A stretch of 64,000 nt of DNA, taken from assembly GCA_043228905.1 (NCBI GenBank), contig JBHGNT010000014.1:14198001-14262000 (forward strand). The letters run 5' to 3'. Made by a program: the position numbers and the translations under genes. Positions 45,899 through 60,276 of this stretch are shown piece by piece; positions within the stretch are counted from its first letter, which is position 1; every line of letters begins with the position of its first letter. This DNA is from Azolla caroliniana (lineage: Eukaryota; Plantae; Polypodiophyta). The notes beneath the pieces were generated by a model. The model was not told the origin of the DNA and did no database searches. It saw nothing but the letters and a program-made list of their open reading frames with translations.

Positions 45899-48800
45899 AC
45901 ATGTACAAAGCTCTCAAATGATCAAGGGAGAACAACAACAACAACAAAACCCTAAATGATAATAACATATAGAATCAAACATATAGATAAACATGTCCCA
46001 AACATTGTTATGGTTGTGGATGTACAAAATTCAAGCACCTATAGAAAATGACATAAGCATGTACAAGACTCTCAAATTCAAGCATATGCATTTACAAAGT
46101 ACTCAAATGAAAAAGGGAGAACAACAAAAAAACCCTAAATGACAAAAACAGATACAATCAAACATACAATAGAACATGTACCAAATGTCATTGTTGAAGT
46201 CTTTGAAGAGGGGACGCATTTGAAACACGGGTTGCAAGCAAACGAACACACCAAGTAGAGGGAACGCACTAGGTAGAGGGAACACTTGGAGGTAGAGGGA
46301 ACATGACCAGCAGAACAGAGACTAATGCAAAGGGGGCATGGTGAGCAGACCACACTTCAAAGAACGCCTGAGAGAGAGAACGCGGCCAGCAGAGGAAAGC
46401 TCGATGCAATGAGGACACAGTACAACTCTTGATAGAGAGAGGACGCGACGAGGACACAGTTGAACACTTGATGTCGATGCAGCGAGGACGCGGTAGGACA
46501 CTTGAGCGTACTATTGTTGCAAAGAGGACACGACGAGCAGGGAATGCTTGGAGTTTGCAGGGTGAGCAGAGAACGTGGAGAAACCTGTGCAGAAGTTGGA
46601 AGAGAGAGAGGGAGGGAGGGAGGGAGGGAGGGGGGTACGAATGTAGTGAATGTTATAATGAGTAGAAGGGGGAAGGAAAGAGTGAGAGAGAGAGGAGGTA
46701 CAAACCTAGGGAATCACCAAGTGTAGAGAGAGAGAGAGAGAGAGGAGGTACGAACCTAGGGAATCACCGAGTGTAGAGAGAGAGAGAGAGAGACTAACTG
46801 ACAATTTGAGATAAACCTTCGAGCCAAGAGAGACAGAGAGAAAGAGTGGAAGAGAGACTGACTGACTATCTTCATGATTGACTGACTACTCAAGATCTTA
46901 TATAGTTAACAGTCAAGACCTCCTTGCGAAATTACCTAGGATTTTAACACAAGTGATGTTTTTTCATATTTGAAATCTATTTTCATTGAATGTGACTTTT
47001 AATTTTAACACAAGTGATCAACTTTTTAAACCCAAATATTGGATTTATTTTTACATTTTTAAGTTTTTCTTCCACATGGAATTAGTAGTAAAGTTTTGGC
47101 CAAACGTTGGTACACTATAACGTGCTCTAACCGCAACCCTAGAATTTAATTGATAGAATATTCTTAGTAGTTTCATTGATCTTAGAATATTTTAATCTTA
47201 ACAAGGGCACTTATGTAGACAAAAGAAATCATGGAAAATATGGCATTGAGAGATGGATTTAGATGACAAACACGAGGGCATGGATGTGTGGACTTAGAGA
47301 GTAGCAACATTATTAGCATCAATATCATAATATTCATAGCCATTATCATCACTAACTATAGTTCATATGATTATGTTAGTAGTAATGCATTACAAATTAA
47401 ACTAATGACGAGCAAAAGAATAACAAATTAAGGAGAAGGATGAATTAATGGTGCTTTAAAACAATGATCACCCTTGAGGGAAGGACATGAAACAAACACA
47501 AAATATCACCGGTGTCCCATACCACCGAATATTACCTCGTGTTATACCTTGGATGTTGAATAATGGGTTTGAGGAAGAAAGCTTAGTCTCACCGTTAGAG
47601 TCTCATTAGCCTCTCAAGAGGTCGTAATGAAGGGGATAGTTAGTCCCCTTTCTATAGATCAACACTTACAACCTCACATTACCACATATCCATATGGATT
47701 TGTCCCAAGTCCTAGGATTCTTACCTATCCTACCCTTGACCCATTAAAATTAACTATAGAATCTATCCATATGGGTTAATTAACTCTAATGTAATGGATG
47801 AAAAAGAAGTTGAAGATGAAGAAAATTTGGGGAGATTTTGTAGCAAAGTTAAAAGAAGAAGAGCAAGGATGCAACAAGAAGAAGAAAAATGATAACAATA
47901 GATATATGAGATAGGAGAGTCGCCAAATTGATTGTGGAGTAGTTTCCTTTATGTAAACTATTCTTAAAACACCTTAATGGGTTTACTCGGCCATAAGATC
48001 ATGTCATGTTATTTTTAACATTCACACTACTTTTGTGGAGTAGGTGGGGGAGAGAGAAGAAGAAGAAAAGGAAAAAAAAAGGAATTTAGAAGAAGAACAA
48101 TACAAAAGCAAAGAATTAAAACAATTCATCTTATAGAAACTTAGGCCATTGTCTCGTACATAACATACATGGGACATGAATGAACATAAGATGACCCATC
48201 TTTACTAGCCATGACCAATATTAGGGTTCAATGTATAGCCATATAATTAAATGAGGGTTATCTAGGAGTTTTATAGGTATCTTTGAACAAGCTTAGTTTC
48301 AACTATTGGAAACACATACTAAATCTTTTCTCTATAGGAGATTGCACATCATGTTCTAGACATACTTGAGAATGAGAGGTATCAAATGACAATATGCCTT
48401 ACAAATTAGGTACTTTCACATATGCATCCAAATGTAGGTGTGTTGACCAACATAGAAATGTGTACTTAAGGTCCAAGGACACTTTCTTTACTGTACGATT
48501 TTTACCTTCTTAATTTAAATATATAACATCGACTCCCATGTAAAAGTCCTCAATCACATATTTATTAGCATTGTCTTTTCAAGGGCAGTATAATCGTTTT
48601 TTCAATTTGGACAGTGGAAATTTTGATGATATCAACAACTTTGGATGAAACGAGTCAAGGTGCATGATCACAAATTAAAATTATGAAAAGTTCCTCTACA
48701 AGTCCACTGGTTAAGGCTCAAACACACAAACTTAATTTATAAAGCACAAGATTTACTAGTACATCATCGTGTTGGTATATTTGAATGTTTCAACTTCATT

Positions 48801-51111
48801 TAGGTTATGTTGTAAATGTAAATTTTGTATCAAGATTCAAGGCATTTCTTTCATACATATTGTTCATTAGTTCATAAAGTCTGGTTGACAATTGGAAAGT
48901 AAGATCACATTCAAATAAGTTGTGATGGATTTACATACATATGTATCTAGTTGTCAACTAATTAAATAGTACTTTGTTGTCTAAACCGTATTTGTGAGAC
49001 TTAATTGGCTCACAATTTTTTTCAAGCAATGAATTTCTTGACCCTTTACAACAAATACATATGTTTACATGAGCTATTAAATTTCAAAATATCAAATGTT
49101 GACCAAAGTAGCAATAATACAGAAATTATGAAGTCTCATACATATTTCTTGGACTTCTATTCCATATAAGCATATTTTAGTAGTTTTCATACAATATGAT
49201 ATTTGTTAGTGTAACCGATATTTGTTATAAGTTTATGACATTGCATAACACTTTCGTCAAACGAACCCTCTGTAATTATATTTGTTAACAAATTTCAAGA
49301 TAACTTTACACATAAGAAAACAACATTGAAACTATATTATCAACCAATAATACAGAAATGTTTTAACATACCTCATCATTGGTGGTTGTTAGATTTGTTG
49401 TGTAAGATAGTTGCATATGTTTATACCATGATCTAAAAATACTCGTACTCTTTTTTTATGAAAATTACATGAGGTCAACTTCAAAAACATGGTTGGGAAT
49501 AATTTAATGATTATTCAAGAATTGTTGAGATAGTCCGGTGTTTAATATTCATTTCAATGAATTCAAGATCTACTTGCATTGCATGGTCCGGCGTTAACAT
49601 TGGCTTGAAAGTATTCAAATTTTAGGGAGCCGTATTTCCACATATAACCACATGCCCATGAGTTTGAAACTAGATACACAACAAATTTGAAAAGGAAAAG
49701 GAGAGTTATGAGATATAGCTCATCATTAAAGCAAGTGAAAATGTAAAACTAAAACTAAACACCATACTATACTATATCCCATGTTGAACAATTTGGAAAT
49801 CTCGAATCACATCATTACCATGCAAGATGTTACACTAGGATAAATGTAAGGAGATCCTCTTAACTTTTATCCTTGATATATGAGCATGCTCTCGAACATA
49901 ACACATAGTGACACTGAATAATGATTAATAAAATGTTGCATGTAAGTATTTTAAATATGTTGACTTCTTTATTAAAATGATGAGATATACATCAACATGT
50001 GCGGCTATTGATACCTCAATGCTATTATAAAAAGAATGCATGGGGGTGACATGAATAGCATGTTCATCTAACGGTAAAGGTGTTTGCCCTGCTCCTTTTA
50101 CATGTTATTGGAGATTGTTTCTTCTTGTTATTATTAGAGACATTAGATTCGCTTATTGTGTCCCTCCATTCCATGATAAATTTATAGGATTTGTTATTGC
50201 TATAAAGCATTATGACACTTAGGATTGGTGGAATGAGATTTCAAAGTCCAAACCTCTCAATTGTTGCACATATAATTGGTATGCAATTTGGTGGATGCCA
50301 CTAATGTGAATTCTTTTTCGTGATTGACTAAAGTAAGAGCATCTACAAACACTCATGGTGAGAAGACCTAGGAGGAGTACAAACACATTAATCAAGAAAG
50401 TAAGAATAACTAAAAGTAGGATTACACCCATTGATATTCACAAGTTTAATGAAAGTAACAATATTGAAAAGAGACTTATGCAAAACCAGTCTAGAAGGGC
50501 TAAATTGCCCAGAGTCCAGACACTACAAGTTTGAATTACGATAAAGCCAACGACCATTTTCTTTCTTGATTGTTTACTCTCTCATTGGGAGATAGGACAA
50601 GCTTTTCAAAGAGGAGAAGCATGTGTGTAACCCATCTAAAGTTTCAACATTACTCCCTTGGGGGTGTGAAGGATTCCTTTGAGGGATATAGTACAAAAAC
50701 AATCGAGTGATACAACTCAAGAAAAAAGAAAAAGGAACAAAAGAACGCAATCAATGCCTCTTTTTAGTTTTTCTCTATCAAGAGACAATACACATCATGA
50801 CACACTTTAGCTAAAGGTAAGCTTTTTTCACGTCACCAATTGCCCAAATTCCATGGGAGAGTACAAATGACGTGTGCCTTTTTTTGTCATATATGAGGGT
50901 GTGTGATGAAAAAGCCTAGCTTGGGTATGTGGGTGTCATATATGTGCGAACCCGCCCGATATCAATAGTATCATTGCTAGTCCATTTATACATAGGTAAC
51001 ATCTCATTATATGTAAGCCCTCCCTCGTACATTGTGCTCACTTGCTTGTGCACATCCATAATTTCTTAGAAAGGAACGCGGCGATGAAATGAGATCATCG
51101 GGGACCAAGGT

Positions 51112-53606
51112 ATGGAGCCGAGACATGGACATGACAACATGGTGATTATCGTCGTGATCATCATTTCGTTGGGCACATCGCTAGTGGCGATATCGTGTCT
51201 TCTAGCCACAGCATGGTGTTATTACTTCCATCGGGGGAGGAAGGAGGAGAAGGATCCCAAACCATGTCAAGTAGTGCATGGTGGTGGTAGCTATGGGGAT
51301 GTCAAAGAAATGCCCCAATGTAAGGAATGGATTGGATTGGATTAGACTAAATTGGATTGGATTGGATGTATGCAATTGCTAGGAAGGTATCGAATTTCTG
51401 TGACCAAAAGCTTGTGATGCAGGGGATGTTGAGAAGGTAGGTTCCTCTGCCTCTGCTTCAAATGGTGGACGGGATAAGGAGGAGGAGGAGGAGGTGGTGG
51501 CCAGCCGAGCCGAAGTGTTCACATTCAAGCAGTTGCAGTTGGCCACGTCTAATTTCGGCCCGGCCAACGTGATTGGGCAGGGCGGGTTTGGGCAGGTGTA
51601 CCGGGGAACCCTAAGGGATGGCCGGGAGGTGGCTGTCAAGCGGATGGTGATGATGAGTAGGAGGGGGAAGATGTTCAAGGAGGAAGAAGAGGGGATGGAG
51701 GACCATGACTTCCGAGGCGAGGTCACACACACACACTCTCTCTCTCTCTCTCTCTCATCCCATTTTGTTGTAAACCAATTGTCTCATGTGGTGGTCATGG
51801 TGATTTTTGCGGTTCATAGCTGGCTTTTGGTTTTTGTTGATTTTGTGCTCTTAGTGATGATGGGATTTCTTTTATTGGTTTTGTGGTGGCCATGGTGCTT
51901 TTAGCGGTTTACATAGAGCTTTTGGTTTTTGTTGATTTTGTGTTAGTGTTGATGGGATGTTTTCTTTAGTAGTTTTATGGTTATGGGTTGTTGATTGTTG
52001 TTGGCTCTTTAATGGTTATGGCTTTTGTTGATGATTGTTGTTCATAGATGGTTTATGTGTTTTAGGGCTAATGGATTTTGTGGCTATGGGGTTTTATAGA
52101 TTCTATGGCTATGGTTTTTAAAATTTTTTGATGTGATGATGATGGTTCTTTAGTGTTTTTGCATGGTTAACTTGTTTAGGATGTAAGTGGTTTAGGGCTC
52201 TTTACGGTTTAATGGTTTCAGGTTTAGGGTTTACAATGTACTAATTTAAGGGATAATCATGACTATGTTTTATATAGTGAATAAGGTAAATTAAAGGTTC
52301 ACGGTTTCACTATGGATCTTTCTTTAGGGCTTAGGTTTTAAGGGTGAGTTTCTCTTAGACATTACTAGTTTAGGACAAGATGTTTTCTTAGTTTGTTAAG
52401 TGTGCGTTTTCTCATTGTATTATTTTTAAAGGCAATCCTTTGTTTCTGGGGATACAGGTAGACCTTCTGAGCCACTTGCATTCGCCATATCTTCTCAAGT
52501 TGCTAGGCTATTGTGCTGATCAAGATCATAGATTGCTTGTTTATGAGCATATGTCTAATGGCAGCCTCCAAGAGCATCTCTATTCCGATGGTGAGGTTTC
52601 TCGTGTATGTTTATTCATACCCCAACAAGGTTTGGGTTTCATAGTATATAATTTTGAGTTGGGAGTCAAAATTGTCCACATCTAACTTTGCATGTAGGTA
52701 GTGTTGGTAATCCCCCCATTTTGGATTGGAAGAGTAGATTACGCATCGCGTACGATGCGGCTCGAGGGTTGGAGTACCTTCATGAGTTTAATAACCCACC
52801 TGTGATTCACCGTGATTTCAAAACAAGCAACATTTTACTTGATGCATGCTTCAATGCCAAAGTGTCTGACTTTGGTCTAGCAAGAATCGGTTCCAACAAG
52901 GTTGATGGTCAAGTGTCCACCCGAGTATTGGGTACCCATGGATATGTTGCTCCTGAGTAAGTTCCCATCTACTTGAAAACTGTGAAAAAATACTTTTAAT
53001 GTACTCCATCATTAATTTAATTCAAAAAGCTTGATGTTGTGCCCTTTTTGTTATCATGTAGGTATGCTTTGACAGGACACTTAACCATTAAGTCAGATGT
53101 GTATAGTTATGGGGTTGTCTTGTTAGAGCTTCTTACAGGGCGTGTTCCCGTAGACATGAAGCGACCTCCGGGTGAAGGGGTTCTAGTATCTTGGGTAATG
53201 CTCCCCCCCCCACCCCACATCTATCATTGTCTTGTTGTTTATGTACGCAATTGACATGGAATTTTTTATTAATAACAACGATAACCAAGCAGTATTAGTA
53301 ATTAATTACTTGATAGGCCTTACCGCAACTAACTGACAAGGTACAATTGGAAACATTGGTTGATCCAACATTGAAGGGACAATATTCCATCAAGGAACTG
53401 ATTCAGGTGGTTACATTATTGATACATGTATTTTGATGCAATTTGCATTGCTTACTAATTTGTGGTCAATTATATAGGTAGCTGCCATCGCAAAGATGTG
53501 TGTCCAATCCGAAGCTGATTATCGTCCTATTATGACAGACGTTGTGCAAACATTGGCACCCCTTGTGAAGAAACGAGGCAAGGGGTCAGATATCAAGTCA
53601 ACTTAG
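51112..53606 (+). CDS. Receptor-like Ser/Thr kinase (RLK/Pelle) with an N-terminal membrane anchor and no ectodomain, 7 exons
   Basis: Exons 51112-51319, 51423-51721 (51411 is an alternative in-phase acceptor), 52458-52590, 52698-52956, 53062-53194, 53317-53406 and 53478-53606, all GT-AG and phase-consistent. Motifs [37 protein letters not shown]; hydrophobic segment in exon 1. Confidence 0.93.
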
Positions 53607-55908
53607 GGATGCAATGTTATCACACAATGGCCATATCGAAAGTTGTCATCTCCATCATTGCTCACACTTCACAAGCAAAGTTGTTTATTTGAAAGGTTTT
53701 TGGCTAGCAATTTGTAGACATCACAAGCATCAAATATTGTTGTGTGAACTAAATGATCATGGGATCATGTGGCGTCCCAAATGCTTCATTCCAAAGAAAT
53801 TCCCAACAAAATGATCAAAGACCAAATACCTAGTAGCATCAAGATAACAAAATTGGGAAATGTGATCAAGTCCTTGTCAATGATGAGAGGATTGCCCGAT
53901 GTATTTCTATTATGTAAATATGTTGACTTCAAGTTGGGATGAAATTTCCAAGAATTGAGTTGAGGAATGGGAAATGGATCTCTTGTTTAATGTTAAACCT
54001 CCAATCAATACAATAATATCCTTTCCTTTATAACATCCCATTGTTGCAGTAATCATTTTCTATCTCTAGTAATGAATATTTTTTGTTGCTAAACAATAAA
54101 ATGAAACCTTTTGGGCCAATACACGTTTTGCCATTACAATCGATATATATTCAAATCAATTTCCATGTAAACTGTAGTCTATATGAGGTAAGGGCTAGTT
54201 TTGCATAATAATTGCTTGAAAGTAGTTCATTTGATGTAAAAGTACAATAAAAACCTTGGCCATTTTACCCAATACACAAAAATGGATCCAAATCGAGTCT
54301 TCACCTAGGGGTGAGACCTCCCTTGATATATCATATGAGGTTTTTATACATCCATGCTTTATTTGTGAATGGTCTCTATAATATCAAAAAAACACTACAA
54401 AAATCTTGCTTGGTATGACAAATAAATCTTTGCACTTCATATCTGAGATCTAATCCATTAAAACACAATTGATTAAATGGTCCAACCAAATTTGGCAATG
54501 AATTTAGGTATTTATTTCATCTTATCTTGTTTACTTGAGCCTTGCACCACTATACTATGTCTGGTTTCTTAAAATTGTTTTTTATTTCTCTCAAACTACC
54601 TCCTTGATGTGAGAGTCTAAACTTTACTTCAACACCCAAGGATGTGTTTATATGACCACACATTTCCAATATTATTTCGTATAATGGAAAAGTTTGCTCA
54701 TGGATATGTTGGAGAATTAAATATCAAATTCTCCATTCATTATTAGCATATTGTGATGCACGTATGCTTGATGTTTAAAAGCAATTCAGGCCTTATTTGG
54801 ACATTCTCAATTCATGTGTTTAGAAAAAAAAATCCATCTACTACATATTTTAGGAATAACTCATTTTGAGAATGAATTAACTTCATTTCTTCTTCTTGGT
54901 GAATGAGGTGAGTATCTTTCATTAATTGCAACACATCCATATGAACTCATGATGAGCCTAAATTCAAATCTTTGATGTAGTTCATTTCTTTTTTTAAACT
55001 ATCAATTTCAAACAACTTGAGCATCTTCAATTATTTCACCGGGTAGTTTCCAATCTCTCTTGAATATAACTCCAAAGTTTTCACTTTATCGTACTCAAGT
55101 ATCTTTGACTGAGTGCATTTATTTTTGGTAACAACCATATGAGAAATATTAGGAAACGTTATTGTTTCAACTATGGCAACAACATCAAATTTAGAAGGTC
55201 ACATCATTGTATTTCAAGCTCAAAGAGTACATTACTCAACATGAAAGCTACAAGATTTAAGAGCGTTATGTGAATATTCAAAGAGGTTCTATACATTGAT
55301 TGAAGGCCTTCCTTGACATCAACTTATTGCGTCATTTCAAATGAAAAAGTTAAAATGTTACCTCAAATGTTTTAAGGTGAGTGGATACATCAAAGTAGCT
55401 TTCATAGTAATCAAAACACTCATTTAAATTGCCATTTATATAGGCCCTTGTAGAAGAGCATTGGATGAGTACATTGAATGTTGCAACATCTAAGTTCATT
55501 TAAAAATCAATATTGTGTCACTCAATTAGAACCAAAACCATATATAAGCCCTTGTAGGAGAGCATTGTATGAGTACATCAAATGCTACAACCACTAGGTT
55601 CATTTGAAAACCAATACTTCATATCATTTGATCATTCCATGGAATATAGTTGTATGCAAAGCGTTACGTCAATTTAGACTCCTTTATTCATCAAGAATGA
55701 ATCGAAGAGTTTAATCTTTGTTGCCCTAGGGTAATCAATTGTAGTCTACAAATAACTACTTTGAAAGCTAAAGGGAGGGAGCGAATGACCTGATGAGAGG
55801 AGGAAGCCTCCCCAAAAACCAACTTTGTCACGAAAAGAGAGAAATAGAGATACAGAACAAAATCGACCACGAGAATCCAAAATACTTTTGAATTTTCCAT
55901 AATTTCCC

Positions 55909-56137
55909 CAAATGCCCCTAAGATTTCACTACTTCCCTAGATGCTTGCCTCCTATCTAGCAAAATGATATGGTCAATTCATCTCCTTTCTCACATGATCA
56001 CAATACCTTCGAATTTTCCATTATTCCTCCAAATGCCCCTAAGATTTCATTACTTCCCTAGATGCCTATATTCGGCAGCCCCCTCTCTAGCAAAATTATA
56101 TAGTCAATTTATCTCCTTTCTCAATCACATGATCACA
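55909..56137. repeat. Imperfect tandem duplication of about 120 bp
   Basis: ccaaatgcccctaagatttca..cacatgatcaca at 55909 and 56029. Confidence 0.8.
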
Positions 56138-56610
56138 TTATCTCCTCGTTGAGGGCTGTCCAAGGGCAATAGGGAAAATAATAAACAATCCAAGGCATTG
56201 GGGAAATAAAGTAAAGTGTGTTTCCGAGTTTTCATTATGAAATACAAATGAATGGATTCTGGTCCATAGAAAACCCATGGAATGGAATCTCTAGATAGAA
56301 TTCTACTTTGTTGATACATGAAAGAATAAATTACAGCTTTGTAGGCATTCCTAGATGAGGCTTCCTCAGTATTTGAGGAAGGCTCGATCTGACTGAAGGA
56401 GATCATCGAAGTGTGTTCGTCAAATCGTGGAGCTGAGAAGGAACCATTCACATTAGGTGAAAGAAAAGCTGCAGTTTTTTCTTGTTTTGTCTTCAGCTCT
56501 ACAATTTCATGTTTAATCCGGTGATAACCTTTACTTACCAAAAGAACATGCCTTGCAGATGGAGATTAGCACACATACCAGATATGTATACATACTGTTA
56601 ACCTCAACAT

Positions 56611-59600
56611 TCAGAACATATCTTGACAGGAGCATGAACCATCTCTAAAATGATGTATGCAGCAGTCATCTCTAAGAATGATCTCTCTTCTCTCAATCCT
56701 CGAAATGATCTTACTTGCATCATGGCAATCTATACACATCCTCAAGTTTTTGGAAACACGCAATGTTACTCCATCAGGTGTGTTTAGAAGACCGAATGCT
56801 ATGGCTACTTTCTCGGCATGTTCACATAACATTACTTCCTTCTCTTGATCAGAAATCGGCTTCAAAACCAGAGCTACATGAGGCCTATGCCCAGCATTCC
56901 TGAGTTGTGAATTCAAGGATACGAGCTTCTCAGTAATTTTCTTGCTATGCTCATGACCAGCTATAAATTCATGCAATTGGTCATTAAGCTCAATGAGAGC
57001 AGCCCCAGGTTTCTTCTTTGCACCAAAATGTCTCCTAATTCCTTCTATTCTATAAGCATTCTCCCATCTTCCAACATCTGCATAAATGTCTCCCATTAAC
57101 ACATACCATGCAGCGGCTTTTGAATTAATCTCGATTAATTTTTGAAAGCACCGTAGCCCTAATTCAGCTTCTCCATGAGTTCTACATCCAGTAAGAAGGG
57201 CTCCCCATGTTATTTCAGAATGTGGACAGATCATCTCAATAAACATCTCAGCTTCATACAAATGCCCTGATCTGGCAAGAATATTAACCATACTAGTAAG
57301 GTGATCTACTGTCGGTGAAATGTCATAATATTCTCTCATATTTCGAAGATAGTCTTGACCTTCACGCACAAGGCCTGAATGACTACATGCTGTTAAAAGT
57401 CTCGTGAATGTTATAGCATCTGGTTTAATGCCTTTCTCTCTCATGTTCTCAAAGCATTGCAAGACCCCATGTCCTTGATGATTGACACCATAGCCAATTA
57501 TCATTGAGCTCCATGCCACCACATCTTGCACTGCTATCATGTCAAACACATTTTGTGCCTCTAGAAGAGAGCCACATTTAAAGTACATGTTAATGATGCT
57601 GTTATTGACAGAAGACTCTTGCTCGAGACCCCTCTGTATGATCTCTTCATGTAATCTTCGTCCTTTCTCTATGGCACCAACATTTGCACAAACTTTCAAT
57701 ATGCATGAATATGTGACAACATCAGGAATCACACCCTCTACCTGCATTCGAGTAAACCATTGTATTCCTATATCGCCCGATAAATGTTCAGCATATGCAG
57801 ATAACAATGCATTCCACGGAACAACACTACGTGTTTGTAATGAATTCATAAGCTCCTCTGCCTCAGAAAGAAGGCCACATTTGGCATACATGCATACCAA
57901 GCTACCAGAAACTAGTTCATCTTTTTCATAACTGTTTTCAACAATCTCTCTATGTATTTCTTGGCCTGTGTCAATGTCTCCTACAGTACTGCAGGACTTC
58001 AATAATCCAGACAATGTTACAGCATTGGGGGAGATATGAGTTAATCGCATTTTCTTGAACATTTGAATTGCTGCATTGCCAGGATCATTATCAGCTAATC
58101 CAGTAATGAGCGTAGTCCATGAAATGACATCATGGAATGGCATTTCATCAAACACATCCCGTGCTTCTTTGAGTGAACCACATTTCACATACATTCCAAT
58201 TAAACTGTTCTGAATACGGATGTCTTTCACCAATCCATGGTATGCAATCTGTCTATGTATTTCTTTGCATCTATCTAGACATCCTACATTGCCACAAGCC
58301 TTTAAAATGCATATATAAGTAACAGCATCTGGAGAAATACCTTCTTGCTGCATTTCTTTGAATTTTTTCAGAGCTTCTGAATTAGCTCCATACTCAACAT
58401 ATCCAGCAATAAGTGCAGTCCAAGAAACGATGTCTCGATTTGGCATCCTCACAAAAACATTCTCGGACTCTGAAAACATAGTGAATTTGCTATACATGTC
58501 AACCAGACTGTTGGCAATAGAAAGATCATTTTCCATTCCCCTTTCTATAATTTCAACATGTACCTGACGTCCTTTATCCAAACATCCGATCTCACAACAA
58601 GCTTTCAATGTACCAGTATATATTGCAACGTTTGGACTGGTGCCCTCCACAGACATGTTTTTGAGCAAATTCAATACTTCTTCAGCTGGGCCGTGCTCAA
58701 CATATCCTGTAATCAATGCATTCCAGGAGAGAACATCTCTGATTGCAAGAGTATCAAAGACTTCTTGTGCATCTAACAGTGAGCCACACTTAGCATACAT
58801 CCCTATCACACTATTCCCAATACAAATATCACTTTCGAAACCATCCCATACAATCTCTGCATACAGTCTTCGTACTTTCTCAATATCTCCTACTCTTCCA
58901 CATGCTTTCAAGCAGCACGAATATGTTACAGCATTTGGAACAATCTCCTCCAACTGCATTTTCTGAATACATTTCAGAACTTCACTGAAAGGTCCATGTT
59001 CGGCGTATCCCGCAATCAATGCATTCCATGATACAACACCATGAACAGGCAGTCTTTCAAAAACACTTTGAGCCTCTAACATCATGCCACATTTTGCGTA
59101 TAAATCGACTAAAGCACTGCCAATGAAGATATGTTCTTCAAGCCCTATCTTTGTAATCCAAAGATGAGTTTCTATACCTTTTTTAACAACTCTTAATTTG
59201 GCATGGGCTTGCAAGAGGGCCACAATTGTGTAGCTACTAGCCTGCACATTATTCTCCAGCATTTCTTCATAGATATGAAATGCATGCTCTAATTTTCCAG
59301 AATGAAGGTAACCTAAAATCAAAGAAGTCCAGGAGAACTCATTGCGGTAAACCAACCTGTTAAATACATTTTGAGCACTAGACACACTTCCACATTCCAC
59401 AAACATAGGTACAATGTGATTCCCCACGATTTCATTGTCCTCCAAGCCATTAGAACATAGTTTTGTATGTACAAGCTTGGCGAGAAACAATGCTTTATTT
59501 TGTCTGGCCTTGTGCAAAATGTTAACAATGGTTTCGATCAAGAGCAGGTCACCTGATCGATCTAAGAGATAAACTGCTTCGTTTACGCTTATTGTTTCCC

Positions 59601-60276
59601 AATTAATACCATTTTCATTCTGATCTGGAAATGGATTATCGCCATTAACAAGAGCACATGATGCCTTCAGCTCTCCATTAGGTGCAGGAAAGTCACCATT
59701 GGAAGAGGCCTCTACTTGAAAGGAATGATCCCTCAAAGCCTTAATTGGCCCCTTGATATCATCCTTACCATCATTAATACTCCAATTCACCTATCATCGA
59801 ATATATATTCATTCAATGTGGTACATGCCATTGTGACTACTGTACTAACATTGTTTATTATAGCAATGCTTAAGGAGACGTTTTGCATATTTTTTTAGTT
59901 GATATGCTAAGATCAAAGGTTATAAGAGAACTTTTCAATTAGAAATCAGTGAATTTGATATTTCCTTACTTGGATCCGTTTGTTCTTGGATTCTACTTGA
60001 CTAGGAGGCTTCTTCAGTACTTTAAGTGGTTCATTGGCATCATCATTAATAGTCCAATTCGCCTGTCATAGAATAAATAACTCTGTTCATATTATTGCAA
60101 CTACTTTGGTGAGATAATTTAATACAAACAAAGATAATGGGATTTCTCGCATGTTTTCTCTGAAAGTTTATAAGAATCTTTCTATGAGAACTGTGTAAAT
60201 TTGACAGATTACTTACTTGGATTGTTTCATTTTTGAGACTACCACGAAGATGCCAGAACAGATCCATTTCTGACAT
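56611..60276 (-). CDS. PLS-class PPR protein with E domains and a DYW:KP-like deaminase domain (organellar RNA editing factor)
   Basis: Main exon 59790-56611 (1059 codons, AG acceptor at 59792-59791) with about seven P-L-S triplets, then KKPGAALIE, HAEK, CIDCH and the end CSCQDMF. Phase-0 upstream exons 60062-59970 and ~60276-60217. Start codon uncertain. Confidence 0.9.

Noticed and set aside
47000-51000. Genes in the AT-rich interval
   Set aside because: Only one short ORF without motifs; treated as intergenic or highly decayed repeat sequence.
51383-51410. Kinase exon 2 starting at the AG at 51381-51382
   Set aside because: It would create an immediate stop; the acceptors before 51411 and 51423 keep the frame.
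52190-52370. Telomere-like TTTAGGG motifs in the kinase intron
   Set aside because: Scattered single or degenerate copies in a GT-rich intron, not an array.
56125-56541. 138-aa ORF downstream of the PPR stop
   Set aside because: Non-ATG start and no domain. It could be UTR or an alternative exon, but the sequence alone gives no support.
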